A stretch of 64,000 nucleotides of DNA from the IMG/VR virus record IMGVR_UViG_3300025849_000018, positions 30,928 to 94,927 of that record; one strand, given 5' to 3'. Made by a program: the position numbers and the translations under genes. The notes beneath the pieces are model-generated. The model did not search any database. It was not told the DNA's origin and worked only from the letters and a program-made list of their open reading frames with translations. Shown here one piece after another: positions 1 through 9,825 of the stretch; position 1 is the first letter of the stretch, and each line of letters opens with the position of its first letter. This DNA is from a virus.

Positions 1-52
1 TCGAAGCGCCGTTTGGTAAAAACTGATTTGAATCTATACGATATTGCGCCAC
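1..52 (-). CDS. Hypothetical protein, 5' part only (runs off window start)
   Basis: GTG at 52, 3 nt after the stop of the previous gene; open frame MAQYRIDSNQFLPNGAS to the edge. Confidence 0.45.
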   Translation of the reverse strand, partial: MAQYRIDSNQFLPNGAS

Positions 53-55
53 AGA

Positions 56-520
56 TTAGTATCCAGACTTCGCTTTCTTTTTGCTTTCTTTCTTCACTTT
101 TGGATTAGTTTCAATTTCGACTTCATCATCGTCGTCTTCATCATCGTCGTCTTCATCATCATCTTCATCATCATCGTCTTCATCATCGTCGTCACTTTCG
201 AAGATTGCTGCAACCAACTCATCATAACCTTCTTCTGTTGCAAATAATTCTTCAAGAGCTGCGCGATCTTCCTCAGATGCTTCTTCTAGGAAATCTTCAA
301 CTGCTTGTGTGATGTCAGCGGCGTGCTGTTCATAAACTTCCTCGTCTTCGCCGGGAGTATAACCCTTCCGATCAGCGAAGGAAGAATTTTCAACAGCTGC
401 ACGAATCTCTGCGTATCCTGGTCCTTCCATTGCAACAACGGTGTGCTTATTGATGAATTTCTCTTCATCACCACTACGTGGTTCATATTTTTCCAGAATC
501 TCTAGTAGTCTATCCTTCAT
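56..520 (-). CDS. Highly acidic prohead-core/scaffold-region protein
   Basis: ORF 56..640; likely start ATG 520 (MKDRLLE) after GGAG; D/E-rich with a basic C-terminus; lies downstream of portal and gp67-like gene. Confidence 0.6.
   Translation of the reverse strand: MKDRLLEILEKYEPRSGDEEKFINKHTVVAMEGPGYAEIRAAVENSSFADRKGYTPGEDEEVYEQHAADITQAVEDFLEEASEEDRAALEELFATEEGYDELVAAIFESDDDDEDDDDEDDDEDDDDEDDDDEVEIETNPKVKKESKKKAKSGY
121..195. repeat. 12-15 nt tandem repeat encoding a DDDED run
   Basis: cttcatcatcgtcgt-type units, about five copies. Confidence 0.85.
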
Positions 521-698
521 CGTTATCTCCAGCTTCTTCTGTATCTGTAGTTTTGTTAAAAATTGCCGAAGACACTGAATCATACTTCGCCTGCAAAGCA
601 GAAACCAATTTAGATTCAATCGCGGCCGAGAACGCATCATATGTTTGATTCGGCTTCTCTGATACGGCCGCGGTAATAATGTTTGTAATATTCGTCAC
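510..698 (-). CDS. Prohead core protein, gp67-like
   Basis: 62 aa, GTG start after GGAG, directly downstream of portal, acidic C-terminus; T4 order is 20-67-68. Confidence 0.65.
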   Translation of the reverse strand: MTNITNIITAAVSEKPNQTYDAFSAAIESKLVSALQAKYDSVSSAIFNKTTDTEEAGDNDEG

Positions 699-716
699 AA
701 TTAAACTCCTCTCAGT

Positions 717-724
717 TATTTATA
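717..724 (-). promoter_or_regulatory. T4-type late promoter TATAAATA
   Basis: Exact TATAAATA on the minus strand between the portal stop and the gp67-like start. Confidence 0.75.
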
Positions 725-726
725 AA

Positions 727-2352
727 TTACTTTTGTTCAGATTCTTCTTCGTTGTCTTGTTCTACTTCATCCGGTTGTTTATCTTCCGGTGGTTCTGGTT
801 TTGGTTCTGGTTTTGATTCTGGTTCATCATCATCGTCACCTTCAAAATCCATATCAGCATCAGCATATCTCGGATCATTCTTTTCACTGGCAATCTGTTC
901 ATCAATACTTTTAATGTCTTCTTCACTTTGTTGAAGAATTTGTCGCCGCGTGTATTCGTGTGAGTAATATGTACCGATCGACTCTTCCATCTCTCGCAAA
1001 AGGCTTACTCTATCACGAAATATTTCCATTTGCTTTAGTTCATGAAAATAATTATCAATCGCGTAATCGTATTGTATTATATGTCGCCACTCTTTCCAAT
1101 CATCAGGCGTACAAATACCCTTTAGTAACAACTGTTGTTCAAGAAGTTTATTAAACAGTTCGCTGAACTTATTTCTCAAACGAGTAATAAACTTAGAGAA
1201 CTTTACTTCATCTCTTGTGATCTCAGTGGCACGACCTAATGAAAATGTAGAATCAGACTGTAAACGAGTAATTGGAACATTCAGAGACTTATACAAAAGA
1301 TTCTGAAAATATTGTACATCTTCTATTTCACCGAGATTCTGACCACCTGGCAATGTAGTGATTTCTGTACCACGACCACCATCTCGTCTCGGTAACCAGA
1401 AATCCTCAAGCATCGTCATAAACTTACGATCATCTCGAACTTCACCCGTGCCTGAATCATACACAACTTTATTTTTAAACTTTGTCATGATGCTGTTTAG
1501 ATACTGTTCTGCCTTTGCTTTTGGCAGTCCACCAACATCAACATAAAAAATTCTGCGTTCTGGTGCTCTTGATATACGATAGATAACAAGAGAGTCTTCC
1601 ATAGATCGTAACTGATTCAATGGTCGAATCGCTTTATGCATATATGAAAGAATTAAATTATTGTCTGTTGCTTGTATACCACTGGTACAATAAGCAATTG
1701 AGTCTTTTGAAATCTTGATACCAGCTGACTGGCCAGAACCGCCGGTTGAATTTGATCGGTTCAAAAAACCTGCTGGATTGTAAATGTAATATTCTGCAAC
1801 AACTTTTTCAACAGTCACATCTTGTGCTGTCTTTTCTTTTTTTACTTCACGAACTTTCTTGATATATCTTGGATCAATATAACGAAGTTCAATAATTCCT
1901 TTGTTTGGTTTACTTTCATCAATAATGACATGATAGTATAATCGACCATCAATGTACCACCGACGGAATATTTCGTAACTCAAATAATCAAACTCAAGTT
2001 TTTGTAATAATGTGGTAAACTCTTTACGGATACTGTTCTTAATGCTATCACTAACTTTTAGATTGTCGAGTACCAATTGAACAGTTTCTTCATCAGAATC
2101 TTCAACAATTGCTTCATTGCAAATATCTTGAACAGCGAGATCAACAATAGGATCCAATGCCATTGTTCGGTACTTGGTTACAAGTTCCGCTTCAGTTCTA
2201 ACACTGCCGTCTAGATCAACATATGTACCATAAACTCCACCCGATGCAATGGTTAACGAACCATCGTCATTGGATGGAGGTACGAAAGAAACAACTTTCT
2301 CTTGTTCCTTTTCCTCTTTTTTTCTGTTAATTTGAAAACCAAATAAATCCAT
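727..2352 (-). CDS. 20: Portal vertex protein gp20
   Basis: MDLFGF start; WYIDGRLYYH, YRISRAPERRIFYVDVG, MLEDFWLPRRDGGRGTEITTLPGGQNLG motifs. Confidence 0.97.
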   Translation of the reverse strand: MDLFGFQINRKKEEKEQEKVVSFVPPSNDDGSLTIASGGVYGTYVDLDGSVRTEAELVTKYRTMALDPIVDLAVQDICNEAIVEDSDEETVQLVLDNLKVSDSIKNSIRKEFTTLLQKLEFDYLSYEIFRRWYIDGRLYYHVIIDESKPNKGIIELRYIDPRYIKKVREVKKEKTAQDVTVEKVVAEYYIYNPAGFLNRSNSTGGSGQSAGIKISKDSIAYCTSGIQATDNNLILSYMHKAIRPLNQLRSMEDSLVIYRISRAPERRIFYVDVGGLPKAKAEQYLNSIMTKFKNKVVYDSGTGEVRDDRKFMTMLEDFWLPRRDGGRGTEITTLPGGQNLGEIEDVQYFQNLLYKSLNVPITRLQSDSTFSLGRATEITRDEVKFSKFITRLRNKFSELFNKLLEQQLLLKGICTPDDWKEWRHIIQYDYAIDNYFHELKQMEIFRDRVSLLREMEESIGTYYSHEYTRRQILQQSEEDIKSIDEQIASEKNDPRYADADMDFEGDDDDEPESKPEPKPEPPEDKQPDEVEQDNEEESEQK

Positions 2353-2370
2353 TATAATTCAACTCCGAAT

Positions 2371-2403
2371 AAAAAAAGTGAGGGCATAAAGATATTTATG
2401 CCC
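2371..2403 (-). terminator. Rho-independent terminator after tail tube gene
   Basis: Minus strand GGGCATAAA-TATC-TTTATGCCC stem-loop followed by TCACTTTTTTT. Confidence 0.7.
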
Positions 2404-2434
2404 CCATATGTGACGAAGTTTGCGCTCGATGGTA

Positions 2435-2941
2435 TTAACTACCGGGAGCCATCACATCAAATGCCCATGTCACAGAATAAGTACCGATTGTATCAGTTGT
2501 ATTCCAATCCAATTCAATAGTACCTACATCTGTTGGCCAACAACCTTCGAGTTTGTAAGAACGAAGCGCACTGCCTCCACCCTTACCATACAAGAAAACT
2601 TCTGCGTCAGTCTTATATGCTTCAAAGACTTCATCACGAGTATTACCAGCAGCAGAGTTAATTGCTTCTTGCCAATCCTCTAACTCATTTCGCAGAGCGA
2701 AGTCTTCTTCAATCATGAGCGTTGTTGTCCATTCGGCATATGTTCGATCGCCAGCAACTTTGATCTTACGACCAAAGTAAGGAACCTCAATTACTCCCAT
2801 TGTCATTCCAGGAACTTGCGAGGCCTGACAAAGGAAGTTCATGGGATTACCTAATCGTGTGACTTGCACTTCGAACAGGGCAGGACGATACCCACCCGCT
2901 GCGATCGCGCCATTCTTAAATGATTCAATACTGAAAGCCAT
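2435..2941 (-). CDS. 19: Tail tube protein gp19
   Basis: RPALFEV, VPYFGRKIKVAGDRTYAEW, WPTDVGTIELDW; position after sheath. Confidence 0.95.
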   Translation of the reverse strand: MAFSIESFKNGAIAAGGYRPALFEVQVTRLGNPMNFLCQASQVPGMTMGVIEVPYFGRKIKVAGDRTYAEWTTTLMIEEDFALRNELEDWQEAINSAAGNTRDEVFEAYKTDAEVFLYGKGGGSALRSYKLEGCWPTDVGTIELDWNTTDTIGTYSVTWAFDVMAPGS

Positions 2942-2971
2942 TTTTTATTCTCCTATTATTTTATCTATTTA

Positions 2972-5281
2972 TTAAAATTGACCGATAACTTCGGAGAATT
3001 CTACGCCAGACCTAACAGCAACAAAGTTCAGCTGAATGAAGTTAATGGATCGAGCAGGTTTGATGTATATATCACCAATAAACTCATTGCGATCAACAAC
3101 TTCTCCAGTATTGTTTGTTTCGTCACAGATTACAACAAAATCAGTAATACCACGACGACCCTGTACATTACGCAGGAACGGTGTCACTAGATTGACGAAT
3201 GAAGCACGAGTAAATGAATCGTTGAACTCAAACAGAGTAAACTTAGCAGATGTCGCAATCGCCTTCTCAAGAACGATAAACAGACGACGAACATTGATCC
3301 GATCAAAGGCGGATGGTTTCGCCAGAAGAGTCTTGTCGCCGAATAATACAGTACCTTGTCCGGGGAAGTTGACAACTGGGTTTACACCATTTGAATAAAG
3401 TACATCGCGTTCTGCCTTCTTAGGATTCCAAGAAAGACGAAGAATGTTCTTTACTTGACCACGATTGAATCCAGCAGGTGACCACCACGCATCATTAGTG
3501 TCTGCGGTATATGCAGTCAAACCAGCAGTATCGCCGTTCAAAGGAACATACCGATATTGATCATTATACTTGTCATATTGATACTTGTATGCAGAATCAA
3601 GCACACCATAAGAAGTTGATCGAAGTGCATCTCTGAAAGCAAGGACCTGTTGCTCGGTGTCACCATAAGTCTGGTTGACAACATCAGCACGATCGGGCGA
3701 ACAGAATACAAGACAGTCTTTTCGCGTTTCAGCAATGTTATCTATCAGATAGTTGGCAAGTTGTTGTCCTACAGAACCACCACGAGATTTGCCGGTGATG
3801 AGTAGAGAGATATCGATATCTTCTGCTGACTTATAATGGTCATATGCATTAATAACATCTCCAACCGCAATGTTGGTTTCGTTTTTGGTATCACGACCGC
3901 CAACAAATGACTTACTATAGGGTGCAGTGTTAGTGGAGGACGCTAAGTTATCAGAGGTTGCAGAAGCAGCGCCAGATATGTCGTGCCCGTACCAAACATA
4001 TTCTGAAGTTGTATTCAAGACATCTTTATAGTAGTTATTTCCACCATCAAGAGTTTTCGCGTCAGTTGCGCGAGATAGTCCCTCATACACTTCAAGAGCA
4101 GTGCCAGGTATACCTGAAATCTTACCATCTTCATCATAAACAATAACGTGCATCTCATCTTGAGCGGCAGTGTTACCGTTTGCTAGTTGATAGGGTGATT
4201 GCTTGGGTGCTTTATTCACAAGACCAGCACCGCCCCAGAGTCTTCGTAGAGTTGTATCTGAGAAGTCAGAACTCAGAACAAATCGATCGCTGAAGTTGAT
4301 AACAACAGTTGCTTCGCCGTTTTCTGATTCCTCGACCACTGTTTTATTGATAACACCGATTGAGGTGATCACTAAGTCCTGTTCACCTACAGAACTATTG
4401 CCTGCTCGAACTAAGTCATTTACAGCTAAAGTTCCGATTATTGTTGTAAGCGCGCCTGAACTTGAGTTCGCATCACCATTTGCCGTCGCACCGACAGAAA
4501 TTGTAGCAGTGTTGGAACCAATTGTGAAAGCGATATTCGCTGTTTCAACGTGATCAGCAGTGTTTCCGCTGGTATTAGCAGACTGTACAGTCAATAGATT
4601 GGTGTTGCTACTAAAGGCAGCGGCACTGTCACATACTGAGATACGCAGAGAGTTACCGAGTTCTCCAGGATACTTTGCTACAAATTGAACATCTGAATCA
4701 TAGTTGCCTTCCGCGGTAATATAGTCCTCATCATTCTTTGTGATTTGAGAGGCTAGGTTTGCAATATTGGTATTTGCAATCGCATTGAATGAATAGTTGG
4801 CATCAAAGACTTGAATGTCCGCTGCGGCAACACTGTTTGCAGTAGCAGCTACAGACAGTTCAAACGCGGTATTACTAGTAACCGATGCGACGGTTGCGTC
4901 AGCTGGTATACCTGGACCAAATACAGCATCTCCAACAGCGATGCCGGTTGTGTTACTAACAGTTACAGTGGCATTAGCTGCTGTTGTTGTGGCTCCACTG
5001 AATGAAAAAGTATTACCAGTTGAGTGATGTGCGCGACTTACATATAAGGCATCAGCATATGCCAAGAAGTTTGCGGCGCTAAAAAATGTTTCGTAGTTTG
5101 CGTTAGTCGGTTTACCGAATCGGTCAACTAACTGATCTTCGTTTTGAATCAGTAGTGGTTTGTCTACTGGTCCCCAACGAAAAACACCACCGATTGCTGC
5201 TTCAGTAGTAGATACTGCTGGAATTACAGTAGTCAAATCTACTTCGGTGACATTTACGCCCGGACTAAGTTGAAAAGGCAT
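2972..5281 (-). CDS. 18: Tail sheath protein gp18 (with inserted domains)
   Basis: LSPGVNVTEVDLT, FRWGP, WWSPAGFNRG, FDRINVRRLF, IKPARSINFIQLNF. Confidence 0.97.
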   Translation of the reverse strand: MPFQLSPGVNVTEVDLTTVIPAVSTTEAAIGGVFRWGPVDKPLLIQNEDQLVDRFGKPTNANYETFFSAANFLAYADALYVSRAHHSTGNTFSFSGATTTAANATVTVSNTTGIAVGDAVFGPGIPADATVASVTSNTAFELSVAATANSVAAADIQVFDANYSFNAIANTNIANLASQITKNDEDYITAEGNYDSDVQFVAKYPGELGNSLRISVCDSAAAFSSNTNLLTVQSANTSGNTADHVETANIAFTIGSNTATISVGATANGDANSSSGALTTIIGTLAVNDLVRAGNSSVGEQDLVITSIGVINKTVVEESENGEATVVINFSDRFVLSSDFSDTTLRRLWGGAGLVNKAPKQSPYQLANGNTAAQDEMHVIVYDEDGKISGIPGTALEVYEGLSRATDAKTLDGGNNYYKDVLNTTSEYVWYGHDISGAASATSDNLASSTNTAPYSKSFVGGRDTKNETNIAVGDVINAYDHYKSAEDIDISLLITGKSRGGSVGQQLANYLIDNIAETRKDCLVFCSPDRADVVNQTYGDTEQQVLAFRDALRSTSYGVLDSAYKYQYDKYNDQYRYVPLNGDTAGLTAYTADTNDAWWSPAGFNRGQVKNILRLSWNPKKAERDVLYSNGVNPVVNFPGQGTVLFGDKTLLAKPSAFDRINVRRLFIVLEKAIATSAKFTLFEFNDSFTRASFVNLVTPFLRNVQGRRGITDFVVICDETNNTGEVVDRNEFIGDIYIKPARSINFIQLNFVAVRSGVEFSEVIGQF

Positions 5282-5355
5282 AGTGTTTTCTCCCTTTATT
5301 GGTTTTCAATTATAGCATTTTAAATTATTGTGCTTTAAGTTTTTCTTCTATTTTT

Positions 5356-5363
5356 TATTTATA
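5356..5363 (-). promoter_or_regulatory. T4-type late promoter TATAAATA
   Basis: Exact match upstream of gp18. Confidence 0.75.
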
Positions 5364-5384
5364 AGATTTGATATTTCTCATAGT

Positions 5385-7040
5385 TCACCGTTCATCGTCG
5401 GCAAAAAGAAATGCATTACCTTTTACCGCCATGGGAGGGTTATCTTCAAAGTGATCCTGCCCGTCATCAATGATTCCGAAAGGAGTTAATTCATTCATCA
5501 GTTGTTCATCATTCATTTCTCGTAACTGACTAATAGTATTTATATCAGTTAATTCTTTAAAGAATTTCTGATTAGATACCCAAGCAAAGAGTACAAGTCC
5601 CATCACAAGATCATCATGACATCCAGATTCGGCTTCCCATCCTACACCTTTTTTACTGAATGTTGACAATTCTTTAATCGTATCAAAATCATTTATTATC
5701 AGTTGGTTCTGTTCAATCAACAATTTCAGTATAGAACAACCTACCGACTTAACGGTTTTTGTTGTTCGTACACCCTTATCAGACTTTGATGAGAATCCAG
5801 TAGTTAATCGTTTCCCGCCGCGGCCGGCATTTTCAGTGAATAACATATTCTCATATTCAAAATCTTCATATAATGTACTGGAGACTTGTTCACCAATATC
5901 ATTAACCTCAACAAGAATTTGTGCTTCATTATAGAAAGTACCTATTCTATGGATTACTGAAGAATAATCCATCGGAGAAATCATATTGTCACGATATGCA
6001 CATACTTGCATATAAGGCATTTGAGTGGTGTCTATGACTTGAAATGCCGAATAATCTAATCCTTTACCGCGAGAAACATCAACCACAATAGTGTAATTGT
6101 GATCGATCACCGGTCTATAGAACATAGACAGACCATTCTTTTCTTCAATCGGTTCACGATACACAAGTTGTTTTAGTTTATTACCTGATATAAGTGTACC
6201 ACTACTACCTTGAAATTCACACTCCATTTCTTGTGCGAACTTCTCAGTGTCAAAGTCCAGCGCGGCGAGCGTTTCTTGTTTCCAATTCTCGTCGCGACCA
6301 GGAACATCATACCACATTACAGATACAAACTGATATCCATTTTTACCTTCTCGGGCACCTTCACAAGTTTTATAAAAATGATTCAATCCGTTTGGTGTAG
6401 ATGTAAGCAATATTTTTGTGGTTGTGCCTGAAGATATTGTTGGAAATACTGCGGCGAAGAATTGATCCCAGTTCGTAACGAAAGCTGTCTCGTCAATGTA
6501 TAGGAAAGATACGGATTTGCCACGAATAGCAGTAGAGGAAGTAGCGGTTGCGATGATCTTTGATCCATTTTCAAACTCTACTGATCCTTTGTTCCATTCC
6601 ACGACTCCTTGTTGTAACCATTTTGGTAATGCTTCGTAAGCTGTTTTGATACGATCCAATATTTCTCTTGCAGAGTCTCCTTTATCAGCGAGTAGAGCGA
6701 CAAGTTTATGATTATTGAAAAGAATATAATGAAGTATAAGACATACAGCAGTCGTTGTTTTACCAGACTGCCGCGCTGTAACGACACATGTTCTTCGGTT
6801 GTTTGTTGTCTTTTCAATGATATCTCTCTGATAATCATATAGATCAATAGGTATTAAACCACGATCTACATGGACTATTTGAATATATTTTTCTGAAAAA
6901 TAAATCGGATCAGATGAACAAGTTACATATTCGCGGATCATATCCTCCGTCCACGAAATATCTACACCGTGTCTTTTTAAATTGGTGTTACCCAAATACG
7001 ATCTATATTCTTCAATATCTTTAATCGGTACTGACATCAT
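5385..7040 (-). CDS. 17: Terminase large subunit gp17
   Basis: Walker A ARQSGKT, Walker B FLYIDETAF, TSTPNGLNHF, nuclease motifs VDVSRG and HDDLVM; start 7040 or 7037. Confidence 0.97.
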   Translation of the reverse strand: MMSVPIKDIEEYRSYLGNTNLKRHGVDISWTEDMIREYVTCSSDPIYFSEKYIQIVHVDRGLIPIDLYDYQRDIIEKTTNNRRTCVVTARQSGKTTTAVCLILHYILFNNHKLVALLADKGDSAREILDRIKTAYEALPKWLQQGVVEWNKGSVEFENGSKIIATATSSTAIRGKSVSFLYIDETAFVTNWDQFFAAVFPTISSGTTTKILLTSTPNGLNHFYKTCEGAREGKNGYQFVSVMWYDVPGRDENWKQETLAALDFDTEKFAQEMECEFQGSSGTLISGNKLKQLVYREPIEEKNGLSMFYRPVIDHNYTIVVDVSRGKGLDYSAFQVIDTTQMPYMQVCAYRDNMISPMDYSSVIHRIGTFYNEAQILVEVNDIGEQVSSTLYEDFEYENMLFTENAGRGGKRLTTGFSSKSDKGVRTTKTVKSVGCSILKLLIEQNQLIINDFDTIKELSTFSKKGVGWEAESGCHDDLVMGLVLFAWVSNQKFFKELTDINTISQLREMNDEQLMNELTPFGIIDDGQDHFEDNPPMAVKGNAFLFADDER

Positions 7041-7437
7041 TCTCTTGATTAATCATTTTTAATAAATCACTCGTAGACCCAACAAATAAATTATTATTTA
7101 CGGTGTTGGGTGACACATTTTCTTGTTCAGTATTTAAGAGTTTCTTTTTCTTGTCGTGAAGATCAATTAAATCTTTATTCAGTTCGCTCATATTTTTAAT
7201 CAGTCCTGAGAGAACCTCATATGATCTAGGATGTTGCGATTGATCAGCAATTGTTAATAACTCATCCATTGACCTAGTACCCTTCTCTATTAAGTCGTAC
7301 ATATTCTTACGAACATATGCTACATCTGTTTCTGCCTGTCTATTAGAGGACATAGTAGGTTCATAAGTTGTCGGAATGTTTTCTTCTTTTGGCATTGGAG
7401 TAAGATCAAGAACTTCACCGATTATATCATCTGACAT
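7021..7437 (-). CDS. 16: Terminase small subunit gp16
   Basis: HPRSYEV and NNNLFVGSTSDL motifs; start set at ATG 7437 after GGAG. Confidence 0.92.
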   Translation of the reverse strand: MSDDIIGEVLDLTPMPKEENIPTTYEPTMSSNRQAETDVAYVRKNMYDLIEKGTRSMDELLTIADQSQHPRSYEVLSGLIKNMSELNKDLIDLHDKKKKLLNTEQENVSPNTVNNNLFVGSTSDLLKMINQENDVSTD

Positions 7438-7438
7438 A

Positions 7439-8299
7439 TTATGCTCCATCATCTGGGAATGTTTCATCTATGTCCACTATATAACCAAAGTTTTCATCAG
7501 AAGAGATATTATTGGAAGAAACAGTCAAAGATGCGTTTGATGTAGCCGCGCCGTTTGCTGTTTGACCTGGTGTGACTGTAATTCTCGATATAACATCAGT
7601 GTTGCCAACAGCATCATCAATGTCGTTAAACAGTGTCGCATCATATAACTGAGTATTCGCGAGTTTGATGATCTCACTCTTCTTGGTAGGTCCAAAGAAG
7701 AATCCTTTCATCGTGTAATCAAAGGTAAAGATCAACGACTTTCTTTCCTCAAACGAACCTTCATACACATCATCTTGTGAGGTGCCTGTTAGAACCAGAG
7801 GAATGTCAAGAGTAATATCTGGATCAGAAATCAACTGAACTGTCGTTGTCCACTCAGGAGTAAAAAACGGTAGAATCTGTTCTATGATCTGAGTACCATC
7901 ATCAACAGTCTTTACAAAAATTGACAAAGAAAACTGAATATCATAAGGCACTGGGTTATACTGGTATCTCTTTTGATCTTCATCCGCATCTGATGGTGTC
8001 GTTACAAATCGTCGAATTGTTGGCAATTTTCTCTCAGGCGCATAACTAAACCCGGTGATTTCAAATCCCATTCTCGGTAATGTAATTGCGAATGGCTGAT
8101 CCATTGGATCGAGGTCTTGATCAACTCCATCAATACGAGCAAGAAACTTTTCTTTTGGTCCATATGCGAGAGGAACTTTGAATGATGCCTTAACATTACC
8201 ATCAGAATCTTTGCGATTAATCCACACATCGTTAAATAATGTGCCAAACAGTATGACATATTTTCGAAGTGTACCATGTGCGAAAGTTTGACCAAACAT
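7439..8299 (-). CDS. 15: Tail sheath stabilizer/completion protein gp15
   Basis: FGTLFND, KVPLAYGPKEKFLAR, LPRMGFEI, QIIEQILPFF. Confidence 0.95.
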   Translation of the reverse strand: MFGQTFAHGTLRKYVILFGTLFNDVWINRKDSDGNVKASFKVPLAYGPKEKFLARIDGVDQDLDPMDQPFAITLPRMGFEITGFSYAPERKLPTIRRFVTTPSDADEDQKRYQYNPVPYDIQFSLSIFVKTVDDGTQIIEQILPFFTPEWTTTVQLISDPDITLDIPLVLTGTSQDDVYEGSFEERKSLIFTFDYTMKGFFFGPTKKSEIIKLANTQLYDATLFNDIDDAVGNTDVISRITVTPGQTANGAATSNASLTVSSNNISSDENFGYIVDIDETFPDDGA

Positions 8300-8300
8300 A

Positions 8301-9029
8301 TTAGATAGACCCTTCTGAGAAAGGATTTGTTTCGGTGAAGTCTATAATATCAGCACCGGATGACTGGAACGTAGCATTCTCGGAAAATGGATCATCAGTA
8401 GTGTAATCAGGTGCGGAAACTGGTCGTCCAGTGTTCGCGTCCATAATAATATCACCGTTCGCATATGTTGAGTCGGCGTTTGACACGGCAATATTTTCAG
8501 AATATAATTTCTCTAAATTGTCAATCTCAGGAACGCCTGTATTTAAATCTTCATGACTATATTCAAACAATTCGCAACGCAAATCATAACACTGTAAGGC
8601 ACCCATTTGATAAAAGTTAGGTGCTTCATGTTCAGCAATCTTGATAACATATACTTTACCGGTAAGTGGGAAAAATATCAAGTCACCTTCTTCAGGCCGA
8701 ACCTGTATTTCTGGCGCGCCTATTTCGTTGGAAAATACTCTCTGTGAAACAGTGAAGGTAATTTCATCACGAATCTGAATATTGAACTTAGAGAGAAAGT
8801 CACCTTCACCCTCAAACCCCTCAACATTCTTAATATACATTTCAACCAGATATGCATCATTATAGGAGGCAACGGTAACTTCTCCAAAAATATCATCTTG
8901 TTCATCAATTGTTCTCGGGCAGTAATACAAATCATGACCGTAGATTTTAATTGATTCAATGATCAAATCTTCGATTAGATTTTGTTCTGCATAACTCTGA
9001 AAATTATTGAAGAAGACGTTGGTTGTCAT
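8301..9029 (-). CDS. 14: Neck protein gp14
   Basis: EQNLIEDLIIESIKIYG, GFEGEGDFLSKF, RPEEGDLIFFP, ETNPFSE. Confidence 0.95.
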   Translation of the reverse strand: MTTNVFFNNFQSYAEQNLIEDLIIESIKIYGHDLYYCPRTIDEQDDIFGEVTVASYNDAYLVEMYIKNVEGFEGEGDFLSKFNIQIRDEITFTVSQRVFSNEIGAPEIQVRPEEGDLIFFPLTGKVYVIKIAEHEAPNFYQMGALQCYDLRCELFEYSHEDLNTGVPEIDNLEKLYSENIAVSNADSTYANGDIIMDANTGRPVSAPDYTTDDPFSENATFQSSGADIIDFTETNPFSEGSI

Positions 9030-9033
9030 GTAA

Positions 9034-9777
9034 TTATCCCAACATATCAGAAACAGGGAGGGAATAATTGTTAATCATTTCTTCTTCCAATCTCTTAATT
9101 TCGGTATCGGCATCATCGTATATCTTATTGCCATTAAATGTCACGCCGCCCGGTAATTGTAATCCCTCAAACTTTGTTAGGTTTGAACCCCATTGCCTTT
9201 TAATGAGTTGTGCAGTATAATGTTGTAACCAACGATCTGCCCACACATCAGTGTATACATCAGGATCAACAACCTCATAAGCCTCCACTAACAAATACTG
9301 CCCAACAGTCATAGTAGATTTAGTTTTGTCGAGGTGTAAAATGTCGCGATGGCGATTATAACGTATCGGAGTTTTGCCAACAAGCATCTCTTGAACAAGT
9401 CCAAGATGTGTCATTGTCGCATAATAGTTTGTAAGTCCAATATTAGACAATGTATGCATGTCGTTGAGTGCGATTTGATACTTTATATTAAACAGATCAC
9501 CAGTGGATGAGGTAGGATCGCCGAGTTCAAATATCTTAACAACACCAATGATATTCTCGGGAAGAGTAATCGACTGCGTTGATATCGTATTCGCGTCTAT
9601 CTGATGTTTATAATACGTTTTTTCGGTTCCATCAAAGTGATAATCCCAATAGAAACGTATTGCCTGGTCAATACGATCGTCGACTTGATCGTCATCAACG
9701 TTGATCTCGATGACAGGTTTGCCGAGTGATCGCAGGCAGTATTCTTTAAAATCAGAACGTGTAGCAGGGACTGCCAT
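9034..9777 (-). CDS. 13: Neck protein gp13
   Basis: YCLRSLGKPVIEINVDDDQ, KRQWGSNLTKF, LPGGVTFNG. Confidence 0.95.
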   Translation of the reverse strand: MAVPATRSDFKEYCLRSLGKPVIEINVDDDQVDDRIDQAIRFYWDYHFDGTEKTYYKHQIDANTISTQSITLPENIIGVVKIFELGDPTSSTGDLFNIKYQIALNDMHTLSNIGLTNYYATMTHLGLVQEMLVGKTPIRYNRHRDILHLDKTKSTMTVGQYLLVEAYEVVDPDVYTDVWADRWLQHYTAQLIKRQWGSNLTKFEGLQLPGGVTFNGNKIYDDADTEIKRLEEEMINNYSLPVSDMLG

Positions 9778-9809
9778 TTGATATCTCCGTAATTAGTTTG
9801 TCTCGGTGT

Positions 9810-9817
9810 TATTTATA
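9810..9817 (-). promoter_or_regulatory. T4-type late promoter TATAAATA
   Basis: Exact match upstream of gp13. Confidence 0.75.
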
Positions 9818-9825
9818 TAATCAAA

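Noticed and set aside
44-247. Hydrophobic 67-aa ORF resembling a membrane protein
   Set aside because: Antisense reading of the acidic repeat in the minus-strand gene
6675-6695. Terminase LLADKG where I recall ANK in many relatives, as possible avoidance of the AN tag
   Set aside because: A single site at a position known to vary; other cytoplasmic proteins here, such as the glycosyltransferase, do contain AN
727-7040. Introns, inteins or homing endonucleases in portal, sheath or terminase
   Set aside because: The ORFs are continuous, with no intein or endonuclease motifs; portal and terminase are of ordinary length
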